Positions 1 through 10,981 of a stretch of DNA of 64,000 nt are shown here, piece after piece. The notes below the pieces were generated by a model that saw nothing but the letters and a program-made list of their open reading frames with translations, made no database searches and had not been told where the DNA came from. Numbering within the stretch: position 1 is the first letter of the stretch; every line of letters begins with the position of its first letter. The stretch covers positions 32,001-96,000 of the forward strand of contig CAVRJG010000051.1 of the NCBI GenBank assembly GCA_963721455.1. Direction: 5' to 3'. A program made the translations under genes and the position numbers. This stretch comes from an uncultured Methanosarcinaceae archaeon. Lineage in GTDB: Archaea > Halobacteriota > Methanosarcinia > Methanosarcinales > Methanosarcinaceae.

Positions 1-1301
1 CCTGTTTTTCCGTTGCCGGAGGTGAAAACGTCTTCATAGAGGACCTTCCCGTTGTAGTAGGTTGTGTAGGTGAGAGCCAGAGGGTCAACCGAATCAAAAA
101 CCTTTTTCTGGGTATAAAGTGTGGCCCCGTTAATTGAGCTTGAAAGGGCAGGGTTGGTCAGGATGTTTAGAGGGCCGTTTGCATAATGCTGCCAGGGACC
201 GTAAACGAAAGTCCTCAGGTTTGTCGCTCCGAGCACGAGATTGGATGTCGAATCAAGGCCTGAGGAATTTCCAAGTTCGGTTTCGTATTCCCTGACAAGC
301 TCTTCCAGAAGCGGTTCCCTTGATGTGATCAGCGTGGAAAGGTTCATGCTGCTGTTGAATCTTTCTCCGGATTCAAGGTTCACAAGGGTATAGTTAAGGA
401 CAGGAATTTCAAAAACGTAATAAATAGTGTAATTTCTGTCAGCACTGGTGGTTTCCCGCTGCAGAGTTCCCCTTACCTGTCTTACTTTTATCTGTTCGGG
501 TTTTATGTCAGGTTCTACATTGACTGCATATTCCATGAAGGTGTGGCTATTTCCCTGGTAATTTGCAGAGAGCAGCCTGTTAAAAGAGTCCACTGTGATA
601 TCTTTTACAGGGCTTACTTCAACCAGGAACCAGTCGGAGGCTTTGAGTTCGTCCCCGTAATAGAGTTCGATTGATGCGTATCCTGATTCTGTGGAATCCG
701 GAATTTTAGCATATTCCTCGAAGGAAACTTTTTGAAAAAAACCGGTTGCCTGGCCGTAGTTCAGGTTTTTGATTTCACGGCCTGTGGAATCTTTGACAAT
801 CAGCTTAATATCCCGGTTCTTCCAGAGAGCTTCGATTCTGCCCCAGATATCGGAAGGCAGGTTTATGGAAATTTGAAGCATGTCACCTTTTTCAAGGTTC
901 TGGTTTTCTGGGATTGCCAAAAAGCCGTCCTCAGAAAACCTGTTAACAGGATTGCCTTCAGGCAGGATCACAGGATGTTCTCCCTGCCATTCAAGGGCTT
1001 CCATTCCTGCATAGTTCAGGCAGCGAGCAAGATCGGATGCGGCAAGATTGATAGCAGTCTGCCTGGGATCACTGTTCTCTGTCGTGTAAATGGTTTCGGC
1101 TACTTCACTGTCTATTTTCAGAAGGTAAACTGAGGTAAAGGTTGCAGCAAGGATTATGAAAATCCCGATTACGGCATAGGGAATATACGCACACGTATCC
1201 TCAATGAACGATGAAAATTCCCCGGATAATTTTCCAGCCGTAGACCCTGCCCCCGGAAAAAAACATCTAAACTGTATATAAAAAATAAATAAGTTTTTCA
1301 C
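1..1301 (-). CDS. Large hypothetical exported/membrane-anchored protein, partial (runs off window start), pilin-like N-terminal hydrophobic segment
   Basis: Not in the ORF track. The minus frame reads ...FIEDTCAYIPYAVIGIFIILAATFTSVYLLKIDSEVAETIYTTENSDPRQTAINLAASDLARCLNYAGMEALEWQGEHP... An in-frame GTG lies at 1301; the ATG at 1266 is out of frame by one T in a T7 run. I did not translate it fully to position 1. Confidence 0.65.
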   Translation of the reverse strand, partial: MKNLFIFYIQFRCFFPGAGSTAGKLSGEFSSFIEDTCAYIPYAVIGIFIILAATFTSVYLLKIDSEVAETIYTTENSDPRQTAINLAASDLARCLNYAGMEALEWQGEHPVILPEGNPVNRFSEDGFLAIPENQNLEKGDMLQISINLPSDIWGRIEALWKNRDIKLIVKDSTGREIKNLNYGQATGFFQKVSFEEYAKIPDSTESGYASIELYYGDELKASDWFLVEVSPVKDITVDSFNRLLSANYQGNSHTFMEYAVNVEPDIKPEQIKVRQVRGTLQRETTSADRNYTIYYVFEIPVLNYTLVNLESGERFNSSMNLSTLITSREPLLEELVREYETELGNSSGLDSTSNLVLGATNLRTFVYGPWQHYANGPLNILTNPALSSSINGATLYTQKKVFDSVDPLALTYTTYYNGKVLYEDVFTSGNGKT

Positions 1302-2251
1302 CCATAAATATTTTACTTCTAATTGGAAAAACGTAATAAGATAAAAAATAAGCCAAAAATAAAAAATAGTGAAATCTTTCTGCTCAGGTTTAACGATTTC
1401 CTTAATTACTTCCATTAATAATAGGTGCCTTGAACTCAAGACAAATTTTTATACAAATTTTTATACAAATCTCTCAAATAAACCTCTTAATACAAATTTC
1501 TCATCTTACATTTTCTAGTACAGTCTTCTTTTTGTCAGTTTCGTCTCTGATTTTTAAATTTAAAGGCTAACATTGAAAGTCCGAAAGACGACTCTATAAA
1601 TTCTTCAGTTATTTTTCTTTGAACCCTGAGAATATTGAAAACTCCAGATAGAAGCGCGACAGATATAAATTACTCATCTAATGTTCCTTAATAAAGATCC
1701 TTAATATAGGGGCGGCTTCAGAAAAATTTAAGGTTATATGCACCGGAAAAATCTCTCCGGATCATATCAAATCAAAAAGTTTAATATTTCTTCATTTGTA
1801 TTCGGTTAAGGATTCTGTTAACATTAAAATGACTACTGCAATGATCTACGCATCTCGATTTACATTTATAGGTTTACAGAAACGGCAACAAGAATAACAC
1901 ATTTATTATAGATTGTATCTTAACCGAATACAAATGAATATTTCTTATAGCAATTCCCGTTTGCAATCTTAGCCCATTCAGGTAAGGAGATATTGATAAT
2001 ATATCGCAAGAGATGAATATATCATCCTTTTCGATCAACCTTACAACCTTTTACACATAAAACTAATTTAATAATTCATTGAGATTTGCTTTCATCCGAG
2101 TTAAAAACGCAAGAATAATGAATGTCTGGCAGTTAAAAAATCTTAAAAAACGTTCTTTCAAACATCCGGCTAAACGAGCCTTAAAAGGAAGCCGGAATCT
2201 TACATGGGGGAGCGAGATTTCCGCAAAAAAGAAAAAAGCAGGGTGGCTGAA

Positions 2252-4672
2252 TTGAAAAAGATAATTGTAACATTAATGCTTCTATTCTCCGTATTCTCGG
2301 CTTCAGTTTTAGCTTATGGAGAGCCGACACAGAATTCAAACGACAATACAACCGTCACTTTAATTGCAGACTTTACCATGAATCCGGCTTCTGGAACTGG
2401 GGAAGCACCACTCAGTGTACAGTTTACTGATACATCAACAGGTACACCTACAACCTGGCAATGGGACTTCAACAACGATGGTACAGTAGACAGTTCTGTA
2501 CAAAACCCCTCGTATATCTACACTACAGCCGGTACATATACAGTCAGGCTCACTGTAACGAACGCTGGAGGTAGCGATGATGAGGTGAAAAACGGATACA
2601 TCGTTATAAGTGCTCCCCTCCCTGCAACACCTGTTGCAGCGTTCACCGCAACACCGACTTCCGGCAATTCACCGCTTACTGTCACTTTCACAGATCAGTC
2701 AACAGGTACACCTACAATCTGGCAATGGGACTTCAATTCTGACGGAAAAGTGGATTCAAATAAACAAAACCCTGTTTACAAATTTAAAAACCCCGGAACT
2801 TACTCTGTCAATCTCACCGTATTCAACGGTGTCGTGTGGGATTACGAACGAATAGATGACTGTATCACTGTAGAAAATTCTCTACAGGCAGGTTTTACTG
2901 CTTCTCCTAGAGAAGGGAAAGCCCCGTTGACCGTTCAGTTCACTGATACTTCTACAGGAGCTGCAACTGGATGGTTCTGGGAATTTGGAGACGACCTTAC
3001 CTCAACTTCCCGGAATCCCAGTCACGTATATTCCGAAGCCGGCACCTATACAGTGAAGCTGACAGTGACGGATAGTTCTGGGTCGAATACCCGGGAAGTT
3101 CCTTCTTCAGTCAATGTGCTTTCCAGCACTGATCCGGTGGTCGATCCCCCTGTTAACCCTCCTGTCAATCCTCCTGTTAATCCTCCGGTAGTCGATCCTC
3201 CGGCTGTTGATCCCCCTGTTAATCCTCCTGTTGATCCTCCTGTTAATCCTCCGACTGTTGATCCTCCTGTTAATCCTCCAGCAGTCGATTCTCCTGTTAA
3301 TCCTCCGGTAGTCGACCCTCCGGCTGTTGATCCCCCTGTTAATCCTCCAGCAGTCGATACGCCGATTGTTGATCCTCCGGTAGTCGATTCTCTGTTAGTC
3401 GATTTTAAATCCGACATAACTTCTGGCAAAGCCCCTCTTATTGTCCAGTTTGAGGGCAATTCTGGTGTAGATACAGTAGCCTGGGAATGGGACTTCAATT
3501 CTGACGGACAAGTAGACTCAAAAGAAAAGAATCCTGTTTATGAGTTCAAGGACCCGGGAGCCTATAGCATTACCCTGAGAGCAGGCAATGGAACTTCTTG
3601 GGAAGATGTTACAAAAACGAATTATATTATAGTCGGAGATGGCCTTCAGGCAGGTTTTACTGCTCTCCCGACAGAAGGGAAAGCCCCGCTGACAGTTCAG
3701 TTCACTGATTATTCTACAGGTTACGTTACTTCGTGGCTGTGGGACTTTGGAGACGGCAATACATCTACCTCCCAGAACCCAATCCACACGTATTCCGAAA
3801 TCGGCAACTACTCCGTAATTCTTAACGCCAGTAACATGTACGAGTACAATGTTCTCGCCTGGACGGATTATATCACAGTCACTGAAGAAGGCGAGAGTAA
3901 TGGAGATGGCACTGGAAGCTCGGATAAAGATGGTTGGGGTTACACTGAAACAGGCGCAATTACTGGTGGAGGAGGTTCCCCTGAGCCAGCAAGTAATATT
4001 GATACCACGGTACTGACCCAGAGATTCATTACAGCTGGGAGCCGCATCAGGTACAATTTCACACAAAATGCTACCTGCATTGACTTTGTTGAATTTGATG
4101 CAAAGAGAACTATCGGAAAAACTACAACGATCATTGAACAGCTCAACGGAAGGTCAGTCCTGACTCCGGCCGAACCCGGAGGAACAGTTTACAGGTACAT
4201 GAATATCTGGGTGGGAAATAAAGGCTTTGCAACTCCGGAAAATATAGAAAATGCCGTTATAGGTTTCAGAGTCAGCAAGGCTGAAATCCCGGTGAATGAA
4301 ACCGATAATTCAACAGTTGTTCTTCACAGGTATGCAGACGGAGAGTGGACCCCCCTCCCTATCCAGAAAACGGGGGACGATGACCTCTATGTCTATTTCC
4401 AGGCCATGACTCCTGGCTTTTCACCGTTTGCAATCACTTCCGGCAGGGTAGAAGAAATTGTGCCTACAGAAGTGGATGAAGGAGTTCAGGAAGGTATCGG
4501 GCTTTCCGCTGAGGGCAAGCAGCCTGGGGAGCCTGAGAGGCCTGAGACAATTTTTGAATCCGGACTGATATCTGAAGAAGACTGGCCAGGATTTTCGAGT
4601 GCTATAGGGCCCTTTATCGGATTCATGCTAATACTTTTTATAGGCCTCGTCGTAAGAGAAAAAAGAAAATAA
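2252..4672 (+). CDS. Cell-surface protein: about 5 PKD domains, Pro-rich linker, PGF-pre-PGF domain, C-terminal TM anchor
   Basis: Signal peptide from TTG 2252 (ORF track starts 2204); repeated PLTVQFTD...W.WDF(G/N)...NP.Y.Y...GTY PKD motifs; GGGGSPEP...TPGFSPFAI PGF-pre-PGF domain; PGF-TM-REKRK tail. Confidence 0.9.
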   Translation: MKKIIVTLMLLFSVFSASVLAYGEPTQNSNDNTTVTLIADFTMNPASGTGEAPLSVQFTDTSTGTPTTWQWDFNNDGTVDSSVQNPSYIYTTAGTYTVRLTVTNAGGSDDEVKNGYIVISAPLPATPVAAFTATPTSGNSPLTVTFTDQSTGTPTIWQWDFNSDGKVDSNKQNPVYKFKNPGTYSVNLTVFNGVVWDYERIDDCITVENSLQAGFTASPREGKAPLTVQFTDTSTGAATGWFWEFGDDLTSTSRNPSHVYSEAGTYTVKLTVTDSSGSNTREVPSSVNVLSSTDPVVDPPVNPPVNPPVNPPVVDPPAVDPPVNPPVDPPVNPPTVDPPVNPPAVDSPVNPPVVDPPAVDPPVNPPAVDTPIVDPPVVDSLLVDFKSDITSGKAPLIVQFEGNSGVDTVAWEWDFNSDGQVDSKEKNPVYEFKDPGAYSITLRAGNGTSWEDVTKTNYIIVGDGLQAGFTALPTEGKAPLTVQFTDYSTGYVTSWLWDFGDGNTSTSQNPIHTYSEIGNYSVILNASNMYEYNVLAWTDYITVTEEGESNGDGTGSSDKDGWGYTETGAITGGGGSPEPASNIDTTVLTQRFITAGSRIRYNFTQNATCIDFVEFDAKRTIGKTTTIIEQLNGRSVLTPAEPGGTVYRYMNIWVGNKGFATPENIENAVIGFRVSKAEIPVNETDNSTVVLHRYADGEWTPLPIQKTGDDDLYVYFQAMTPGFSPFAITSGRVEEIVPTEVDEGVQEGIGLSAEGKQPGEPERPETIFESGLISEEDWPGFSSAIGPFIGFMLILFIGLVVREKRK
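3131..3390 (+). repeat. Coding tandem repeat PP(V/A/T)V?(D/N) stalk
   Basis: Many 12-15 bp units such as cctcctgttaat and cctccggtagtcgat. Confidence 0.9.
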
Positions 4673-4801
4673 TACAAGCAGGAAGGTTTGAATATAGGAA
4701 TGTTTGAAAAATAAAAGCTATCAGGTGACAAATCTGTCCAATTATTTATTTTTTATAATTACTTTATATGAAATGACAAACGATTCTTAACGGGGATAGG
4801 T

Positions 4802-5092
4802 ATGAGTTTCATGCTTAAAATAGAAACCGATTTCTCGCCTCAGGAAGTGAGTGAGGCTATTCGCTCGGCTCTGGAACACGAAAAGCACGTTGCAAAGTAT
4901 AAAGTCAGGCGTTATTCTATAATCTGTAAGGATTTCGAAGCGAAATTTGGGATCAGTTCTTTTGAACTCCAGGCAAAGTTCGAAACTGGAAGTATAGGAA
5001 AAGAAAGTAATTTTTTCGAATGGTGTGCAGCAAAAAGAGGGATGGACCACTGGAGCAAAAGACTTGAGATTCTTTCGGGCATTTCTCTTTAA
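4802..5092 (+). CDS. Hypothetical protein resembling small archaeal antitoxin-like proteins
   Basis: 96 aa, GGGGATAGGT upstream, FEAKFGISSFEL...FFEW motif. Confidence 0.55.
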   Translation: MSFMLKIETDFSPQEVSEAIRSALEHEKHVAKYKVRRYSIICKDFEAKFGISSFELQAKFETGSIGKESNFFEWCAAKRGMDHWSKRLEILSGISL

Positions 5093-5434
5093 ATAGTGAT
5101 TATAAGGGTTCAATGATTTTATCCAATGATTTTATCGGCACGGTTATGCCTTCCGAAGATTTGCTTGAGTACTCTTAACGATTCTTCTATGAAAGTTTAC
5201 TTATGCCTTGATCCGGAGCACCTATCTTCGTTTATGCTGTCGAGATACAACTGGCAAATTATTTATGTATGTGTATAAGTATTACAGGCTTAACTATTCT
5301 TTATGATCGAAATAATCGTGCTTAATACCCTACTTGTTATCTGATTTATTGATTAGCGGATATGAAGATAAATTCACTTCTCTGTATCCGGGAATTTTGG
5401 GTATCAGGCTTTCTGTTGTAGAATATAAGCTGAG

Positions 5435-5950
5435 GTGTTTAATCTGGTCAAAAATATTCTAAAAAGTATGGTAGGAGAAGCTCTCATAGGTTCCGGTCCG
5501 GAAATTGCACACATAGACCTGGTTATCGGGCCTAGAGGAGGACCCGTAGAAGCAGCATTTATAAATTCGCTTGCAATGCCCAGACAGGGCCACACACCAC
5601 TTCTTGCAGTTCTTGAGCCAAATGTCCAGCCAAAGCCTGTTACCCTGCTTGTAAACAAGGTAACTATAAAGAACGTGTCGCAAGCTGCCCTTATGTTCGG
5701 GCCGGCTCAGGCTGCGGTTGCAAAGGCGGTCATGGATTCCGTAGCTACTGGCGTGCTCCCTGAAGAACAGGCTGATGACACTTTTATTATCGTTTCTGTC
5801 TTTATTGAATGGGACGCAAAAGACAAGGACAAAGTTTACGAATACAATTATGAAGCAACAAAGCTTGCAATAGCACGAGCCATGGAAAACAGGCCGACTG
5901 TTGAAGAAGCGCTCGCTAAGAAAGACTCGGCAAAACACCCGTTTGCGTGA
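5435..5950 (+). CDS. fae: Formaldehyde-activating enzyme (5,6,7,8-tetrahydromethanopterin hydro-lyase)
   Basis: GEALIG.G.E.AHIDL.IGPRGGP, GHTPLLAVL.PN, FGPAQAAVAKAV, HPF C-terminus; true start may be the ATG a few codons in. Confidence 0.92.
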   Translation: MFNLVKNILKSMVGEALIGSGPEIAHIDLVIGPRGGPVEAAFINSLAMPRQGHTPLLAVLEPNVQPKPVTLLVNKVTIKNVSQAALMFGPAQAAVAKAVMDSVATGVLPEEQADDTFIIVSVFIEWDAKDKDKVYEYNYEATKLAIARAMENRPTVEEALAKKDSAKHPFA

Positions 5951-6375
5951 GCCTGTGGGTTCAGGGCAGTTTAAATTTAAAACGCAATTTATTCCGGGTT
6001 TAAACCTGATAGATTTACTTTAAATTGTGGGCAGGGTCCCGGGGCATCTCACCTTTTCAAAGAGGACTCTGCCTGCAGTTTTTTCTAAAGAATTCTCGGA
6101 GATTCTGGTAAAGAAGAAACGCCTGGGAAATACTTATTATGTATGCTCTTCAGACCCTTCTTTTTTCTTGTTTTTGGGGTGCCTGAGAATAAAAATAATC
6201 CCCGGAAGGTAACACATGCGAGCCTGAAGCAAGTGTAAAACTGAATATAAGAAAGGGGATATAATATAAGGTACAAAATATCCGATAAAAAATTTCTATT
6301 GGTGCAGTAATGTAACCTGTATGGTTATTTACAGGAACATTTCAGGTATAATCTGGCTATCTGGGGGAAAATGGT

Positions 6376-7833
6376 ATGCAAATAGCTCAGTTTTTTGTAA
6401 AAGGTATAGCTCACAGTTCATATATCCTTGCAGGAAAACAGAATTGTGCGGTTATTGATCCGCGCAGGGACACAGATATTTATCTTGAAGAGGCAAAATC
6501 CAGGGGCTTGAAAATTACCCACATTCTGGAGACTCACCTGCACGCTGATTTTATCTCCGGGCATCTGGATCTTGCAGAAGCAACAGGGGCAAAAATCTAC
6601 GCTCCCAGAGCTTCGAACTGTGAGTTCGAGCATACCGGGCTGGCCGAAGGAGATACCTTCGAAATCGAAGACATTGCTATAAGGATACTTGAAACTCCAG
6701 GGCATACGCCCGAGCATATCTGCTATGTTGTTTCAGATACTTCGAGAGGTCCTGATCCGGTTGCGGTATTTTGCGGGGATACCCTTTTTGTCGGGGACGT
6801 GGGCAGGCCAGACCTGTTTCCCAACCGGGCAGAAGAACTTGCTTCAAGGCTTTATGACAGTTTGCACGAAAAATTGCTTTTCCTTCCTGATTCTTGCGAG
6901 GTTTATCCTGCTCATGGCGAAGGTTCCCTTTGCGGAAGAGCCCTCGGGGCCAAACGCTCAAGCACAATAGGCTATGAACGCAAATACAACTATGCCCTGC
7001 AGATTCCTGACAGGGTCGAATTCATAGATAACCTTACAACTGATATGCCGCCTGCACCCGACCACTTCAGCCGCTGTACTGAAATCAACCGGAAAGGGCC
7101 GACAAAACTCAAAAGTCTTCCGCCTGTAAGGGAAATCCCTCCAAAGGAATTTCTCAAGCTTTCAGGAAGGGATGACATTGTTATTCTTGATACACGCTGC
7201 TATGAAGGGTTCGGGGGAGAACATGTTCCGGGTTCCTGGTGTATTGATCTTCGGAGCAATTTCGCAACCTATGCAGGCTGGCTCCTGCCCCCGGATAAAC
7301 AGATCCTGCTCGTATCAGAAAGCGAAAGCCATGCTCTGGGATCTGTTGTCTGGCTGCACAGGGTGGGGCTTGATAATATTATCGGTTTTCTGGACGGGGG
7401 GACTTTTGCGTGGGTGACTGCCGGTCTCAGGGCTGCCCATGTGCCCCAGCTCTCAATCCCGGAGCTTCATGAATGGATTATAAGTGGAAATCCACTTGTA
7501 ATTGTCGATGTAAGGACCTCTTCCGAGTATGAGATTTTCCATATAGAAAATTCCATTCATATCCCGGTCCAGGATCTCAGGGAAAGGTACACCGAACTTG
7601 ATCCTGAGGCTGAGAAGGTTGTTATATGCAGTACAGGACACAGGTCCAGTATGGGCTGCAGTATTCTTAAACAGCATGGTCTTTCCAGGGTGAATAATGC
7701 CGCAGGAGGAATGACGGGTTATAATGCCGCAGGTTTCGGGCCCGAATGCCCGATATGTGCCCTTTCCTGGGCTGGAAAAGCCGGAAAAGAGGGGAGACCA
7801 GAATTCTTCGAAAAGCGGGATCAGAAAAAGTGA
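6376..7833 (+). CDS. MBL-fold hydrolase fused to two rhodanese domains (persulfide dioxygenase-like)
   Basis: THLHADF, TPGHTPEH, GDTLFVGDVGRPDL, PAHG; rhodanese CSTGHRS. Confidence 0.9.
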   Translation: MQIAQFFVKGIAHSSYILAGKQNCAVIDPRRDTDIYLEEAKSRGLKITHILETHLHADFISGHLDLAEATGAKIYAPRASNCEFEHTGLAEGDTFEIEDIAIRILETPGHTPEHICYVVSDTSRGPDPVAVFCGDTLFVGDVGRPDLFPNRAEELASRLYDSLHEKLLFLPDSCEVYPAHGEGSLCGRALGAKRSSTIGYERKYNYALQIPDRVEFIDNLTTDMPPAPDHFSRCTEINRKGPTKLKSLPPVREIPPKEFLKLSGRDDIVILDTRCYEGFGGEHVPGSWCIDLRSNFATYAGWLLPPDKQILLVSESESHALGSVVWLHRVGLDNIIGFLDGGTFAWVTAGLRAAHVPQLSIPELHEWIISGNPLVIVDVRTSSEYEIFHIENSIHIPVQDLRERYTELDPEAEKVVICSTGHRSSMGCSILKQHGLSRVNNAAGGMTGYNAAGFGPECPICALSWAGKAGKEGRPEFFEKRDQKK

Positions 7834-8818
7834 TAATCCGGGCTTGGACATAATCTCTTTATGAGGTTGTAACGGGTGCGGGGAGTCCGGGCTGGCCTCC
7901 TTTTCTGTTCCCTAAAACGCTTAATGCTTCAATTGGTTGAACACGGGATCCTCAAGAAATTTTTCAGGGAAAAAAGCCAAAAAGATTGAATATTTTGCAA
8001 AGTTCTGGCTAATGATGAATTGGGAATGAATATTTGCAGCAGGCTTATCTCTTGCTTTTTCTTTCCCTGGGCATTTTCCTGTATCAATGGATATCTTTTT
8101 TCTCGGAACTGTTTTTTGCTCCCTGTCGTTTATTCCTGAATTCCTCTGGCTCTTTCCTCTGGAGAGTAAAGTTGCCAGGCGGCTTATAATCTCGAGTATT
8201 ACATAATAATAGGACAGCTTTCCCTTGCCCGTTTACAATACTGAAGATTATACTCGCCATTTTATATTACCAGAGTAGATCTCTTAAACTTCCTGAGGTT
8301 AATATACCTGTATTCGAAGCCGATTTATTTTTATGAATATTCCTGAGTTATATATTTCTCGATAAGCAATTCGGAGTATCGCGGTCTGGCAAAGTGCCAT
8401 TACGGATGTTGCAGTAAATTTTTTCCAATCTGACTCTCAGGGTAGAATGCCATGAGTTTTTTCTAAGATGTAACGCTCTGTAAAACTTACTGCAAGTTAA
8501 AAGATTAATTCCGGAAAAAGGCGGATTAAAGGCATAAAAACCTTCCAGAATTTTATAGGTCCGCTCCCATGATTATTTTTTTTCTTGGTTTTCTTTGCTG
8601 AGAACATTCCTGCAGGGATTAATATTTCTGAGTTATGGTTATTTTTGCAGGTTTATCTCTTCCAGGCTTTTTCCAGCATTTAAGGGTATCTAACAGGAGA
8701 TAGAAAACCCGGAGTACTGTGTGAAAAATAAAAGTGCTGATAGATAAATATTTATAATCTGTATAAGTAGTTTATATTAAGGTAAAAACGTAAAAGAACT
8801 TTATAGTGGGGGAAAAGT

Positions 8819-9226
8819 ATGAAAATTAGAGTAGTTAGTTCCAGAGAGGAAATTTTCACTCTCAATCCTAATGAACGTGTCGTTCATCTGGCTTTCAGGC
8901 CTTCGAACAAGGATATCTTTGCACTGGTTGAAACATGCCCGAAAATTGAGGTAATTCAGTTACCTAAATCCTACAGGCGCACGGTCTCAAAATCAATAGA
9001 AATGTTCCTTGAGATGCAGAGAATCCAGCTTATTGAAGGAGATGTCTGGGGTCACAGGAAGGACATTAACGAATATTACAGTATTCCTTCCTCAGTGATT
9101 GAGAAAATAAGGGAACTAAAATCGGAGGGTACACCTGCTGAGAGAATCGAAGAAAAGGTCTCAAGGGAAAGCAAACTCAATCCTGAGATGGTTGCTTATA
9201 TCCTGACCAAGGAAGCTCCTGCCTGA
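8819..9226 (+). CDS. DUF1699 family protein
   Basis: MKIRVVSSREEI..LNPNE..VHLAFRPSNKD...GDVWGHRKDINEYY family signature. Confidence 0.85.
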   Translation: MKIRVVSSREEIFTLNPNERVVHLAFRPSNKDIFALVETCPKIEVIQLPKSYRRTVSKSIEMFLEMQRIQLIEGDVWGHRKDINEYYSIPSSVIEKIRELKSEGTPAERIEEKVSRESKLNPEMVAYILTKEAPA

Positions 9227-9344
9227 ATAGGTGTCAGGCCAGAATTTCCACTAAATTCTTGAACGCAGATAAAACCACGCAAATAGTATCAAATCTTTGA
9301 GAATTCATTCATTATCCAATTTCCAGCTAAAACATTAAACTTAA

Positions 9345-9418
9345 GGAGCCCAAAAGGCCCCCTGACCTTGGACAATAGCATTAGCTTTCCAGGTCAGGGA
9401 GACTCCACATGTTTTTTA
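9345..9418 (+). terminator. Long hairpin followed by T-tract
   Basis: ccctgacct/aggtcaggg 9-bp stem with outer ggag/ctcc, then gtttttt. Confidence 0.45.
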
Positions 9419-9644
9419 ATCGTCAACTCTTTTGTTTTGCCAACTCTTTTTTTGTTTCCTGTTTATATGATAAGTAGTTTTTTATTTACTCTTTGTTTCC
9501 TACCTTATTTTCGATACCGGGGAATAATATGGGAAAAGCCTCTGCAGTCTATTTAAACAAAAGGCTGGCGGACAGTAATAACTTATATACTTTTGAAGGC
9601 TGTAATCTTTTTAGTCACATAAAACTCGAGAGGAGACTGATGGG

Positions 9645-10442
9645 TTGCAATTAGAACTTCTAGAGTTGATTTTTCTTTCCGATAAGCGAAAACAGTTATT
9701 GCTTTTTCTGAAAAACGGGCCGAAAAACATGGATGAAATCAGGGAAGCTCTTCAGGTAACTTCCACAGCCATTCTACCTCAAATTAAAAAATTAAAGGAA
9801 AAGTCCCTGGTTATTCAGGAGGACAAAAACTATACACTCTCCCGTATAGGAAAAGTCCTTGTTGAAAAAATGCAGCCGCTTGTCAGTGTAATTGATGTTT
9901 TCGAGGACAATTTTGAGTACTGGGTTGAAAGGGACCTGCATGGAATTCCCCCTTCTTTTCGAAAGCGGATCGGAGAACTCGGGAATTGTAAACTGATCCA
10001 GCCCGATCTGGACAGGATGTTTGAACTTGATCCGGAAATTGTGGAAAACCTCTTTGAATCGAAATATATTCTTGAATGCATAGCTTATTTCGATCCCTCG
10101 CTCATTTCTATATGCCAGAAGCTTTCAAAAAATGGGGCAGAGTTCTCCTTTCTTATGTCTGAACCTGTTTTTCAGCGCTATTCTAAGGATTACCTCGAAG
10201 ATTTCAGGAATTTGCTGGCCTTCGAAAACATGAAGTTTTTCCTGTATTCCGGAGAACTCAGGATCGCGAACCTTACTGTTACGGATAAGTTTTTTTTGAT
10301 CTCGCTTTTCCCGAAGAATCAGAAGCATTTCGATAGGGAAAGCCTGATTAGTTATGAACCTTCAGCTCTCATATTCGGAAATGAGCTTTTTAACGAGTTA
10401 CTCAGGAGTTCTACCCGCATTACTCGAATGCCATATGAATAG
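9645..10442 (+). CDS. Winged-helix transcriptional regulator (ArsR-like HTH + DUF1724-type domain)
   Basis: IFLSDKRKQLLLFL..GP...EI...L......ILPQIKKL, W...DL.GIP..F..RIGEL. Confidence 0.85.
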   Translation: MQLELLELIFLSDKRKQLLLFLKNGPKNMDEIREALQVTSTAILPQIKKLKEKSLVIQEDKNYTLSRIGKVLVEKMQPLVSVIDVFEDNFEYWVERDLHGIPPSFRKRIGELGNCKLIQPDLDRMFELDPEIVENLFESKYILECIAYFDPSLISICQKLSKNGAEFSFLMSEPVFQRYSKDYLEDFRNLLAFENMKFFLYSGELRIANLTVTDKFFLISLFPKNQKHFDRESLISYEPSALIFGNELFNELLRSSTRITRMPYE

Positions 10443-10611
10443 ATTAAGAATCCTGCCTGCACAGACGTGCACAGGACTATGTCTCCGGAACTTTTGAGCT
10501 TTCTGTTCCAGTTTACTTTGTGACAATGTCCTCAATTAGAGTTCTAAGTATAATTTCAATAGGTTCTTCTCTCCTGAAATTCCTTGGTTAATCTCAAAAA
10601 AGGTAAACTGC

Positions 10612-10780
10612 CGCCCGAGTTTTGCTCCCCGAGTTGCGCCAGCAGAGTTGCGGCTCTGCAGTGCGCTGTCCTTCTCGCTGAGCTCGAGAGGACTAATTTC
10701 AAAGAATTGCTTTTCAACTCGCTCAAAAGGACTAATTTATAGATAAGTAGTATTGTTTTGCTCAGGCGGGTTAATTTACA
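10612..10780 (+). repeat. Methanosarcina-type REP/MITE-like hairpin repeat, copy 1
   Basis: 36 bp (10631-10666) identical to 20202-20237; decaying copies of the gctcaagaggactaattt end motif. Confidence 0.8.
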
Positions 10781-10981
10781 AAATTACAACGTTTCCGTGA
10801 GGTCGGTGCTTTCTGCGGTTATAGAAAATGAAGTGAACCAAAACTGCTGAAAACACCTGCAACCCGGAAGAAAAAGAGCATTGTCAAAGCTTTTTCGTGC
10901 TCTCCGTGCTATATAACGTCGATTGAGTTACGTACGGATATCAGGTTCGAAACTACAACGTCCGCTTGCTGTTTCCTGCGG

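Noticed and set aside
732-1133. Plus-strand 133-aa ORF (and the many other antisense ORFs in the track)
   Set aside because: Shadow ORFs opposite genuine genes, with no RBS or motif support
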